A stretch of 64,000 nt of DNA from Malacoraja senta (lineage: Eukaryota), in the NCBI GenBank assembly GCA_038087875.1, contig JAXLNO010000146.1:124001-188000 (forward strand), written 5' to 3'. The notes below the pieces were generated by a model, which saw nothing but the letters and a program-made list of their open reading frames with translations, did no database searches and was not told where the DNA came from. Numbering within the stretch: position 1 is the stretch's first letter; every line of letters starts with the position of its first letter. Positions 38,784-50,599 of this stretch are shown here, piece after piece. The translations under genes and the position numbers were made by a program.

Positions 38784-40565
38784 TGTAAAGAATCTATAAC
38801 GAGGCATCGTTACTTTACTATCTTTATTCATACTGGAGCATTACATATTGCACTAGCTGTACGTGGTCTGTCACAGGAACTAGAGAGCGATCTGTGGGTG
38901 GGGAGGTTGTAGTTATACTTGTGATATGGGGAGTGGTTAGTAGGTATGAGGTCACTATGTTAAAGGCACATGCATATATCATCTACATCCTTCCCCTTCG
39001 AAACGACAGGCAAATACAATGGTGACAGGGCGACCACGGCTCATGCGCTAGGACAGTTAAACAAAATCGCCATAGCGGACAGGCGGTTTGACAAGACGTC
39101 CCGACCGGGTTCGCGTCTCGCCATCCTCCCTTCCGGCAGGAGGAAGAGGCACCGATGGGGGCAGACGAACCTGAAAGGGGGAAACGGGAGGAGACGGAGG
39201 AGACCGCGGCACCAAACCCGGAGGTGATGCGGGATAAGGAGCGGGCAGAGCGCGGGCAGGCGAGCGAGGACTAGTCGGAGCAGGGTGGGACGGAAGGAGT
39301 TGAGGAGGTGGAGAACGTTGCATGTTAGGAAGGACGGGCAGATCAACGCCCGGACGCGAAGCCGGCAGTGGGGGAGCAAAGGGATCCGTGGCAGGAGGAA
39401 GCGGCTCGTTGACGAGCCGAAGGTGCTGGCGGGACCGACGGTAAATGGCTCCCGCATGGTCGACGAGATAGGACCTGGGCGACCCAGCTGAGCCGATGAC
39501 AGTAGCGAGCTTGGAGTGACCGGAAGTGGTCTGCATACGGACAACTTGACCGGGGAAGAGGCGCGGCAGCGGGTGGCAGGACCTGTCATGGGAACGCTTT
39601 TGGAGATCGTGCCTGAAGGCAATGCGTTTCTGAACCGCCGCAGGTGGGAGGACGGAGGGTATGAGGGAGCGCTGGGCCACCGGGAGCGGGAGCCTGGTAG
39701 CGCGAGACATGAGCCGCTGAGCAGGGGAACCCATGGCAGAGTCGCGGGAAATGTTGCGGAGGTTGAGGAGGGCCAGATGGAAGTCGGAGTTAATGCCACC
39801 ACACTGTTCCAGCAGATGCTTCGCGCTGCGGACGGCACGCTCGGCCAGACCGTTGCTTTGCGGGTACTCCGGGCTGCTGGTGAAATGGCGGAAGTTCCAT
39901 CTGGAAGCGAACGCTTTAAACTCGGAGCTCGTGAACTGGCTGCCATTGTCCGACTGCAGGCTTGCCGGGGGGCCAAAAGTGCCAAAATGAGGGTATAACC
40001 TGTCGATGATGGCCGAAGAGGTTAGGGAGTGCAGCCGGTCGACCACAAACCAGCTGGAGTAGGAGTCAACGAGAACCAGGAAGTGTTTGCCTCGCCACTC
40101 GAAAATGTCGGCGGCAAGCGCCATCCAGGGCAGTTCGGGCGCGGGCTGCTGCAGAAGCGGCTGACGCTGCTGGTGGGGGGCGAGGCTGTTGCAGGTGGAA
40201 CACGAGGAGACCCACTCCCGGATGTATTTGGCCATACCCGGCCAATAGAACTGGCTCCGGGCGAGAGACACGGTGGCTTCGGCCCCAGGATGACCGCGGT
40301 GAGCGACTTGAAAATAGTGGTCGTGCAGCGCCGCGGGCACGACCACCTTGTGACCCTTCACCACCACGCCGTCGTGTAGTACGAGCTCGTCACGGACCAG
40401 GAAGTAGGGCACGGCGCCAGCCGGCAGTGCGGAACGACGGTCGGGCCAGCCCCGCTGGATGACGGCAGACAGCTGTTGCAGGGCAGGGTCATTGGTAGTG
40501 TGTTCAACCAGTGACTTCATCTGCTGTGAAGGGACGATGTTCATTTGGAGCACCATTAGATCAGA
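38784..40565 (-). mobile_element. Gypsy/Ty3 LTR retrotransposon 3' half: integrase ORF, PPT and 204-bp 3' LTR
   Basis: HxGH..CxxC zinc finger, ADIF / SDNGSQF / SNGLAERAV DDE core, stop at 39057; PPT GAAGGGGAAGGA 38999-38988; LTR TGTA..TACA 38987-38784 containing AATAAA. Confidence 0.92.
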
Positions 40566-43500
40566 CGTGCGGCACCTTATCGAAGGCCTTCTGACAATCT
40601 GGGTAAACAACATCTACAGCCTCCGCTCTGTCGGTCCTGCTATTAACTTCCTCAATGAACTCCAGCACATTAGTCAGGAAAGGTCTTTCCTTCACAAAAT
40701 CATGCTGACGTCGCCTATTTTATCGTGAACTTCAAACTACTGCGTTACCTCATCCTTAATTGTCTCTAAAATCTTAGCAACCACCGAATTCAGCCAAACC
40801 TGTCTATAGTTTCCGCTCTACTACTTTGCTCCCTTTATGTACGGCGGGGTGATAGTCGCAATTTACCAATCTTCAGGAACCACTCCTAACTCGTGATTCT
40901 TGAAATATCATAAATAATGCCTCCACAATCTCTGAGGGCACCTCTTTCAGAACCTTGGCATGCCGTCCATCCGGTCCAGGTGACCTATCCACCCTCAGAC
41001 GTTTGCGTTTTCCTACCACCTTCTCCTTAGTAATCGCATGGCGTGGAGAGGGAATCCTGGAGAGCCTTAGTATGACATCTCTGGGTTCTTTTTCGGTCCT
41101 CCAGATATAAATGCTAGCATTTGAATTTGCCTTCCTTATTATCGATTCGATTTGCAAATTAACGTTTTGTGAGCACTGGTGCAGGGCTTCTAAAATGTTA
41201 ATTTGCAAAGTCCCTTTCCACCTCCAGTTTCGGGATTCCCTCTCTATTTACAAAATAATCTACGCATTAATTTTAATTTCCAAAATTCATGACTCTGCAC
41301 TGGCTTTCATCTGCCACTTCTCTGTCCACACTCCTAACCTGTCCAAGTCCTTCTATAGAGTCCTTGCTTCCTCGACACTGCCGGACTCTCCACCATCTGC
41401 AAAATTTCCACAAAGCCTTCAATCCCTATCTTCAAATCATTAATATACAACGTGAAGAGAAGCGACCCCAGCACCGACACTTGTGGAACTTCACCAGTCA
41501 CAGTCAGCCCAAATTAAAAAAGCGCCTTTTATTCCAGCAGTTTGCCTTCTGCCACCCAGCCAACCCGCTAACAATGCTAGTATCTTCCCTTTAATACTAT
41601 GGTCTCTCATCTTCCCTCGCAGCCTGACGTGCGGAACCTTATCGAACGTCTTCTGATATTCTAGGTAAACAAAATCTATCGCCTCCCCTCTGTCTGTCCT
41701 GCTATTAACTACCTCAAAAACGGCAGCAGGTTTGTCAGGCAAGATCTTCCCTTCACAAAACCAGGCTGATGTCGGTCTATTTTATAGTGAACGTCCAACG
41801 ACTGCGTAACCTCATCCTTTATAATTGACTCTAAAATCTTAGCAACCACCGATGTCAGGCTAACCGGTCTATAGTTTCCGTTCCTCTGATTTGCTCCCTT
41901 TATGTACAGCGAGGTGATATTCGCAATTTACCAATCTTCAGGAACCACACCTAACACAAGGGATTCTTGAAATATCTCAAATCATGCCTCCACAATCCCT
42001 GAGGCCACCTAGTTCAGAACACTGGGGTGCAGTCCAACCGGTCCAGGTAACTTATCTACCCACCCTCAGACATTTCAGTTTTCTTAGCACCTTCTCCTTA
42101 GTAATCGCATGGCGAGGAAAGGGAATCGTGGATTCCCTTTGTAAAATTGTAAAATTGACCAGAGAAAAAGAAGCGTATATCAGGTTGAAGTGAGTGGCAG
42201 GACCAAATGGGGTCTATACAAGGTTATTGAAGGACACCAGAGTGCAGATTTTGGTGCATCTGCAGAAGCTTGGAAGTGTCACTAGAGACATACCGAATTT
42301 TCGCAGTCCCCGAAGGACGTAGAGACTTCAGTGGGTCTTCTTAGTTATGGATTCATTGTGTGTCGTCCACACAGAACTAGCAGAATATTAACGCCAAGCA
42401 GATTGAAGCTCTCAAACATTCGAACTTCCGCATAATTGAAGCTGGTGGGACATGTTCATACTGATGTCAATATCTATCTGTTTCATCTGCTGTCAGTGAG
42501 GTAGACATCGACAGGTTGGTTTTAAGTTTGCAAACAAAGCAATCATTGCTGACGTTTCGAGAAGGGAGGAAGGCTGTCAAAACTACACAGTGGGATGTTG
42601 GTCAGCTGCAGAAATATGCGGGAAAATGACAGATGGATTTCAATCCCAGTAACTGGGAGGTGTTGCACGTACGTTCACAAGTTATATATGTAGAATTCGG
42701 CCATTCGGCCCATCGGATCTACTCTGCCATTCAATCGTGGCTGATCTCTGCCGCCTAATCCCATTTTCTGCCTTCTGTCTACAACCTTTGACACCCGTTC
42801 TAATCAAGCAATTGGCTATCTCTGCGTTTAAAATATCCACTGACGGCCTCCACAGCCCCTCGTGGTACTGAATTCCACAGATTAACTACCTTCTGACTAA
42901 AAAAGTTCCTCCTCATCTCCTTTCTAAAGGAGAGCCCTTTAATTCTGAGGCGATGACCTCTGGTCCTAGACTGTCGCTGCAGTGGAAACAACCTTTCTGT
43001 GCCTTTCATTATTCTGTAAGTTTCAATGACGCCCCCCCTCTACCTTCTAAACACCAATGAGTGGTGACCCAGTGTTGTCAAACGCTCATCGTTTGCTAAC
43101 CCACATATTCCTGGAATCATTTTGGTATACCTTATCTGGAACCGCTCCAGAGCCAGCGCAACCTTCCTCAGATATGATCACAGTACTCCAAATGCTGCCT
43201 GACCAGCGCGTTATCGAGCCTTAGCATTACGTCTCTGTTTTCCAATACGCTTGATATAAATGCCAGCATTGAATTTGCTTTCCGTACTACCAATTCGACT
43301 TGCAAATTAACTATTTGGCGGTCCTGCACCAGCACTCCTAAGTCCCTTTACACCTCTGATTTCTGGATTATGTCCCCATTTACAAACTAATCAATGCCTT
43401 TATTATTATTACCAAAATGCATGACTCCGTACTTTGCTATACTAGATTTCATCTGCCACTTCTCTGTACATTCTCCGAACCTGTCCAAGTCCTTCTGCAG

Positions 43501-44170
43501 TCCTCGCTTCTTTTCCACTGACTGACCATCCACCTATATGAGCATCATCTGCAAACTAGACGTCGAAGCCTTCAATCCCCTTATCCAAATCATTAATATA
43601 GAAAGTTAAGAGAAGCGGCCCCAGCACCGACCCTTGCGGAACTTCACTAGTCACTGTCAGCCCACCAGAAAAAGCATACTTTATTGCAACTCTTTGCCAC
43701 ACAGCCAACCCGCTATCCATGCTGGCATCTTCCCATTAATAACATGGACACTCATATATTCCCGAGCAGCCTGATGTGCGGCACCTCATCGAAGCGCTTC
43801 TGAAATTCTAGGAAAACAAGATCTACCGCCTCCCCTCTGTCTGTCCAGCTACTAACATTCTCAAAGAACACCAGCAGATTAGTCAGACAAGATCATCCCT
43901 TCACAAAATCATGCTAACGTCGGCCTCTTTTATCGCGAACGTCCAACTGCTGGGTAGCCTCATCCTTTATAATTGACTCTAAAATCTTAGCAACCACCGA
44001 AGTCAGGGTAACCTGTCTATAGTTTCCGCTCTTCTATTTTGCTCCCTTTATGTACAACGGGGTGATATCCTCAATTGACCAATCTTGGGGAATCACTACT
44101 ACTCAAGTGATTCTTAAAATAGCACAAATATTGCCTCCACAATCCATGAGGCCATCCACTTCAGAACCAT
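40565..44170 (-). mobile_element. Overlapping, re-duplicated old CR1 RT fragments (~40565-41040, 41050-42110, 42675-44170)
   Basis: The same segment (CTCTAAAATCTTAGCAACCACCGA) occurs at ~40765, ~41830 and ~43978; peptide AIDFVYLEYQKTFDKVPH. Confidence 0.75.
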
Positions 44171-45337
44171 GGGGGGGGGGGCAGCCCATGGTTCTGAACA
44201 AGCCCAAGGAGATCGTAAACCTGACAAGGAAAAAAGAAGTGTATGTCAGGTTGAAGTGGGTGGATGGACCTAATGGGTTCTTTCCAATGTTTTTGAAGGA
44301 GGCGAAAGAGCAGATTACTTATTGTGGTGCATCTGCAGAAGCTTGGAAGAGTCACCAGAGACATACCGATTGTTTTCAGTTTCTGAAGGACGTACACTTC
44401 AGTGTGTCTTCTTAGCTGTCCCATCATTGTGTTTGGACCACACAGATCATACTGTATATTAACGCTAAGCAAATTGAAGCTATCAAACATTCGAACCTCC
44501 ACATCATTGAAGCTGATGGGGCATGGTCGTACTGGCCAATACCTATCTCTTTCATCTGTAGGCATTGAGATAGATATAGACGTAGATACGTTTTTCTGAT
44601 GTCTGCAGACAAAGCAGATATTGCTGAAGTTGCGAGATGGGAGGAAAGTTGTAAAATTACACAGTGGGATGTCGGTCAGCTGCAGAAATATGCGGGGAAG
44701 TGGCAGATGGATTTACATTTCGGTAGTTAGGAGGTGTTGCCTTTTGCGAGGTCAATGTAAGGCGAAACTATACGGTTGACGGCAGGACTCTTAACAACAC
44801 TGATATGAAGAATGGTGTTCGTGTCCAGATGCGTAGCTCCCTGAAAGTGGCAACATAAGCAGAAAGCATGGTACAGGAGGCGTATGGAATGCTTCCCTAC
44901 GTTGGGCGGGCTTTGATTACAAATGTCACAAAGTCACGATGCGGTTCTCCAACAGTTTCGTTAGGCCTCATTTGCAGGGTTGTGTGCCGTTCTGGGCGCC
45001 CCTTACAGCAATGACGTGGAGGCTTTGGAATGGATGCAAAAGTGTTTTACTGGAATTCTGCCTCGATTGGACTGTATTTGTTACAAGGAGAAGTTGGACA
45101 AACTTTGATCGCTTTCTCTGGAATGTTCAAGGAGGAAGAGAGACGTGATATAAATAAACACAATTGTGGGAGGCATAGATGAGGTAAATTATCAGAAACT
45201 TGTCCTTGCTGGGATGGACTAGAGGACATATGTTTAAATTGAGAGGGTCAACATTTAAAGCAGATACGCGGTCAGGAGGTTTGTAGGTAGTGGCTAGTGC
45301 ATGGAACGAGCTACCAGGGATGGTGGTGAAAGCAGAT

Positions 45338-46380
45338 AATAATAATAATAATAATGAATTTTATTTACGGGCGCCTTATACCGAGGTCTCAAGGACACCT
45401 TACAGAGATTTATAGGAAACATATAATCAGAATTTAAAAAAATAAGTTATAAAGACCAATACACAAATCAGGGACAGAATTCCTTCCAAAAACACAAAAA
45501 AGAAAATCAGAAGCACAATTTGAGGAGAGAGCAGCGGCAACGAAACCGCGCCAGCGTCCACTCTCCCCTCCTACCGCCATCTTGAACACAGACTAACAAA
45601 TACAATTACAAACAATTACATACAAAAATCATCCCCCCACAGTGATTTCCACTGTGGGGGAAGGCACAATGTCCAGTCCCCAGCCCCAGTTCACCCAAAA
45701 AAAGTCAGGCCAAATGAAGCCCCCGCTATTGCCTCTACGGAGGCCCGATGATCCTGGCCGTTCTCGCCGGGTGATGTAGCCCCGGCGTCGGGAGAGTCCT
45801 CCAGCAGCTAGACCACCTGGAACGGCCGCATCCCTCACCGGAGGCCGTAACTACGGCTGGAACGGCCGATTTCCCGCAGGCGTCCGCAGCACCTGAAGCC
45901 GACAAGGCCGCGCCGATTTGGAGCCACGAGTCTCCCGATGTTGGAGTCGGCGCCGCCGCCCGCGGATGGTCGCTCCAATCCCGCAGCCCGGAGGTGTGGA
46001 GCTCGGCGGTCCAGCTCACCGGAGCTCCAGCGCGTCGGTCCAGCGCGGCGACCCAGGCAAGGCATCGCCCGCTCCGCTGCACAATAGCGCTCCAGCGCCG
46101 TGCCGCCACCGAAGCTGAGGGTGCTGTGCGGCCCCCGTCGGGAAACGCCGCTCCACACCCGCTGGTAGGCCGCGAGGACGGGTCGACTGGGCAGCCAGAG
46201 AGAAGGCTGCCTCACCGACCAGGTAGGGACCGGGAAGTGATTTCTCCTTGATTCCCCCACATCAAAAGGCAAAATAAAGAAAAACAGAGACTTAAAGAAA
46301 ACTTAAAAACTTGGAAAAAAAAAGTACAATTAACGGACGGCTGCTGTTTTGCAGCCGTTCCTCAAGATGGCTCCTCCTCC
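45338..46380 (-). mobile_element. ~1-kb non-coding GC-rich retroelement with L2-type 3' tail
   Basis: Minus strand ends GTAAGGTGTCCTTGAG..AAGGCGCC..AAATAAAATTC(ATT)n; it interrupts the CR1 remnant that is continuous at ~32690-32730. Confidence 0.65.
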
Positions 46381-46529
46381 TATGTGCAAGAAGCTTTTAG
46401 ATCGGCATATGGATATGCTTGGATAATTCAGCATTACATTAACGCGGGAATCAGAGAATGCGAATAGATTAATTAATATATGTTCTTACTTATAATTCTC
46501 CCTATTTTGTGTAATAGAGTAATATAATA

Positions 46530-46746
46530 TCTATTTTATAGAACAATGCTGGCAGTTATTGCGCAATAAGATACTTAGCAGCAGCTAACGTGATGAGGTT
46601 AACTTTGTTTGTTTAACTGACTGACACTAATCCCAATTAATTTGCCTTGATTAGAAGTCATATGATTTATCTGGAGAATATGCAGCTACCTTTAAAAGCA
46701 AGCGACCAGTCAGACTACTGGCAGAAAACGTCGATTATATCTGGAC
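46530..46746 (+). promoter_or_regulatory. Conserved proximal promoter/5'UTR block, copy 5 (homologues also at ~26190-26416 and ~32860-33082)
   Basis: TGTTTGTTTAA 46606, TAATCC 46628, CATATG 46659, TTTAAAAG ~46691. Confidence 0.6.
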
Positions 46747-46816
46747 ATGGAACTGCCGGTGGTCAACCAGGTAGAGAACATTTTCTACCCTATCCTTGTC
46801 ATCGTTGGTATTCCTG
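46747..46816 (+). CDS. GPR139-like GPCR copy 5, coding exon 1
   Basis: MELPVVNQVENIFYPILVIVGIP, 70 nt, GTAAG donor at 46817. Confidence 0.88.
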
Positions 46817-48440
46817 GTAAGCCCTTTGTTATTCGGTACCCAGGTTTCGCTCTCTCGCCTTTACTGGTGAAACAATCGGTGCTATTAATTACTGTTTGAG
46901 TTACAGATCCAGCATTGTGCGACTCATATTTACCGGTTCCATCCGTCGCACACTGAATTAAGATACCCACACATGTACGATACCAATCTGTAGCTGGTGC
47001 GGATGTTTCTGACACCATTAGCGCTGTGGGGAAAAAAACTGGACTGTAATTATACTTCATCGCCAAATCGAAGTGGATAGATAGCGAATGCAGTGAATGC
47101 TGCCCCTGTGGTAGGGAGGGCGGCAAGTTCGGTCAATCTGGTCTTTGTCACGACCAACTGCAATCGGATACACCGGCTGATTTTCCGTTAACATGCTCTT
47201 CTCAATTTACTCCAAGTTTTTGCCATGACCCAATGCACTGGCGACAAATTATGTGGACAGGTAACCTACCAGCCAGCGGTGTATCGCAAGTAGGACAACG
47301 GAGAACCGTGCCGCACATAAGCGGAGCACGGAGAGCTGCTGCCTTTTTTACAGCGCAAGAGAGCCGGTTTGATCCTGACCTGGGATCCTGTGTGGAATTT
47401 GCACGTGATCTCGGCTGATTGCGTTGATTCAACTGTCGGCTCTGGCTCCTTCCACATCCCAAAGGTCCGGACGCTCTAGATTTCTCTCACAGCCCGTCCT
47501 GGTTTGTAGGTGTACTGGATTTTATAATTTGCTTCCAGTGTGCAGGGAGTGGATGCGAATGTTGGATAACATAGAACCAGTGTGAACGGGTGATAGATGA
47601 TCTGCACGACTCGGTGTGCCGGGGACCTGTTACCAAGCTGCATCAAACAATCCATCAAACAATGACCCAGGGAGTTGAAGCTACGCCAGCGCAGGGAGAA
47701 GGCGCAAACAGCACTAGTGACCAGTGTCGATTCTAGGTCGTTCAGCTGTCAGGCAGTAGTGCGCCTGCTGTCAATGTGCCTTGAGGGAAATGGGCGATAA
47801 AAATAGGACGCTTTATAACGCAAGCGCGTTCGGAAATATAGTTTAGCAGAGGCGTGAATTGGATGCAGTATTTGCATTCATATGTGCATCGCGAAATCAA
47901 TCTGCTGGTGAGCAACGCGAGTGTGGCCACGCCTCGCCGCGGAAATGTGTACAGAACTTCTCGATGCGATTTATGTTTACACGCAATATTTGTCTACTGC
48001 GGTAATCATCAAACTGTTCTTGTATTTATGTTGATGCTGAATTCTGCCTGCAGATGGAAGGTTATAGCATAAGGTTTGGCGCTGGACTGTGATGAGCAAA
48101 TCGGCCAATATTCTTTACTCTGCACATTCCTTTGTGGTCAGGCGAATGGAATTCACGATAGATATGTATCCACTATACACGTCAGACCTCTTAATAATCG
48201 TTCTGCGATAGGCCGCGAGTCTGTAAATCCAGTCAGGGCCTTGGCCACTGCATTTTATTCACTATTGGTTTGCGAAATCCATCTTTTAGATGTCCTTTTC
48301 AGAATTAGAGATGTGTGGGCGACACGAGTACAAGGGGTAGGTGACAGTCTGATATACTCCATTTACCTTCGCAGAACTGTCAGACTGATGTTTTTCTGGA
48401 ATAGTGAACGTTGGTGGTTTTAATTTCGTCTTTCCTACAG

Positions 48441-49354
48441 CTAACCTGATGGCAATCGTAATTCTCTCCCGGGGAAAGTGTGGACTCTCCAAATGTATCT
48501 CCCGCTATCTGGTGTCCATGGCCGTGGCTGATTTAATGGTCCTGATCTTCGAGGTAATTCTCTCCGAGATTTCAGATGGCTATTTTCCTTATTCATTCCT
48601 CAACATAACTCAAATTTGTAAGCTGATTATTGTCTTTAATTGTATTTGCATCGATTGCTCTGTCTGGTTAACGGTGACCTTCACCTTCGATCGATTTGTC
48701 ACTATATGTACTCAGAATTTACGAACAAAATATTGCACCGAGAGAACTGCGGCTTTGGTGATAGCGCTGACATGTATCTTCTGTATTATTGAAAATATAC
48801 CTATATATTTTGCCCACGTACCTCGAGAAATAATTGACAACGTGGGCTGGTCCTGTGGCATAACCCCAGAATTCTATACCTCCCAGTTATGGCCAGCACT
48901 TTTGTCCATCGAAATCATTTTAACCCCATTTGTACCAATTTTGCTGATCATGCTCCTCAATGCCCTGACAATCAGGCACATCATACACGCTAACAGTGTG
49001 AGGAGCGGTCTGCGAGGGAAAACGAAGGACGAGGGCGGCACGGATCAAGAGGTGGAAAGCAGAAGGAAGTCCATCATTCTATTGCTGGCCATATCCGGTA
49101 GCTTCGTCCTACTGTGGATGGTAAACTTCGTGTGCTTCTTGAGTGTGTACTTCCTCGACGTGGAGCTTTCATCAACAGATAACAACGACCCATTTACCAT
49201 TGCGGAACTGTCCGGATTAATGCTGAGGTCTCTGAGTGCTTGCATCAATACGTTTATTTATGGGGTGTCTCAGAAAAAATTCAGGGAGGAATTTATAAAT
49301 GTGATTAAGGGACCGTTCGTTTTAATTTCCAATTCAATAAAGTGTTTGTTGTGA
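48441..49354 (+). CDS. GPR139-like GPCR copy 5, coding exon 2 (spliced product 327 aa, intact 7TM)
   Basis: Acceptor TTTCCTACAG at 48440, in frame with ORF 48404-49354; ANL, MAVADL, SVWLTVTFTFDRF, RRKSIILL, NTFIYG; no stops. Confidence 0.92.
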
Positions 49355-50599
49355 TATAAGTGTTCAAAGTGAAAACTCGTTTCTAAATTACGTTGCCTTC
49401 TACATTATATCATTGCACCTGACTTTCCTAGATACCGTTTGCACCATCGGGTCAATACCGGGCGTCAGGGTAATGTCTGCATTCCCTTTCCCCTCTGCAC
49501 GCCCATTTAATTTATTCCCTAATGAGTTACTCAAATGCCCACTATTAAATCAGCAACCCAGATGAACCAGGCCAGTGTTATAGAGGCAATTTGCCCTGTC
49601 AACTACTTGCGTCTTTGGGGCGTGGAAAGTAACTGGAGTCCCCGAGGGAATTCCCCGCGGTGGCAGGGAGAACATGAGAAATCCACACAGCATTAGTGAA
49701 AAGGATCGGAAGGAGGAGTCTGTAGGTGCATCGTTTACAGGCAGATGTCGTTCATCGACAAGAATAGTATTGCGTGTTAACTAGAACACTTTTATTGTAC
49801 AGCTGTAAACTTATGAACACAGATATCGTACTAGAATTGGATATAAATTTAGTTTAGCAACGGGTAAATTACTGTATTTTAACACAACGACCCGTAGATA
49901 CTTATTTACCAAAACGACACAAAGTGTTGGAGTAAGACAGCAGGTCAGGCAGCAGATCGGTAATATAGATGGGTGACGTAATAACAAGGAACTGGTGGTG
50001 CTGGTTTATAACGAATGTCGATACAAAACGCTGAAGTAAATAAGCGGATAAGGCAGCATTGTTGGAGAACATGCAAGGGCGAAAGGAACCCTTTTTCAGA
50101 CTAAGGAAGGGTTCAGACCCGCAACGTCGCCCATCCATGTTCTCCAGGGAAGCTCTCTGCTGCGATGAGTTGCTCAGTATTTTGTGTCTATCGATAAAGA
50201 TGTGACGTTTCTGGTCGGGAGAATTCTTCACATACAGTAAAGTTCTGTGTGCAGCTCTGGTGAGCATGTTACGCACAGTATTTGCGAGCAGCAGAGGTGA
50301 TGCTCAACAAGATGAATTTCAGCAATCCATATATTGAATTACAATCTGCATGCAGTGACAAACAGTGCCAATTTCAGCCCAAGAAAGCTGGTACGGTTGC
50401 TGTCTCGCAACGCGAAATATCCCGGTTCGATTCTGAGCTTGTGTGCAGTCGTTGTAGAACTTACAAGTTATTCCTGATATGTCGTGTATTTGCTCAATGT
50501 GCCCCGGTTCCCTCCCACATTCTAAAGTTGTGTGGGTTTAATGGGCGTCTGTAAATTGTCCAAATTTTGTCGGGATTGGACTAGAAAGTGGACTAACGT

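Noticed and set aside
39041..40379. Long ORFs overlapping the Gypsy integrase in other frames and strands
   Set aside because: Shadow ORFs of GC-rich coding sequence with no recognisable motifs
48404..48440. Single-exon starts MNVG.. given by the ORF track for copies 1 and 5
   Set aside because: These lie in the intron just before a good acceptor, are out of frame in intact copy 2, and would truncate TM1; the spliced 70-nt exon 1 explains the N-terminus better
49337..49354. C-terminal KCLL as a CaaX prenylation signal
   Set aside because: Only two residues follow the Cys (one in copy 2), so it is not a CaaX box
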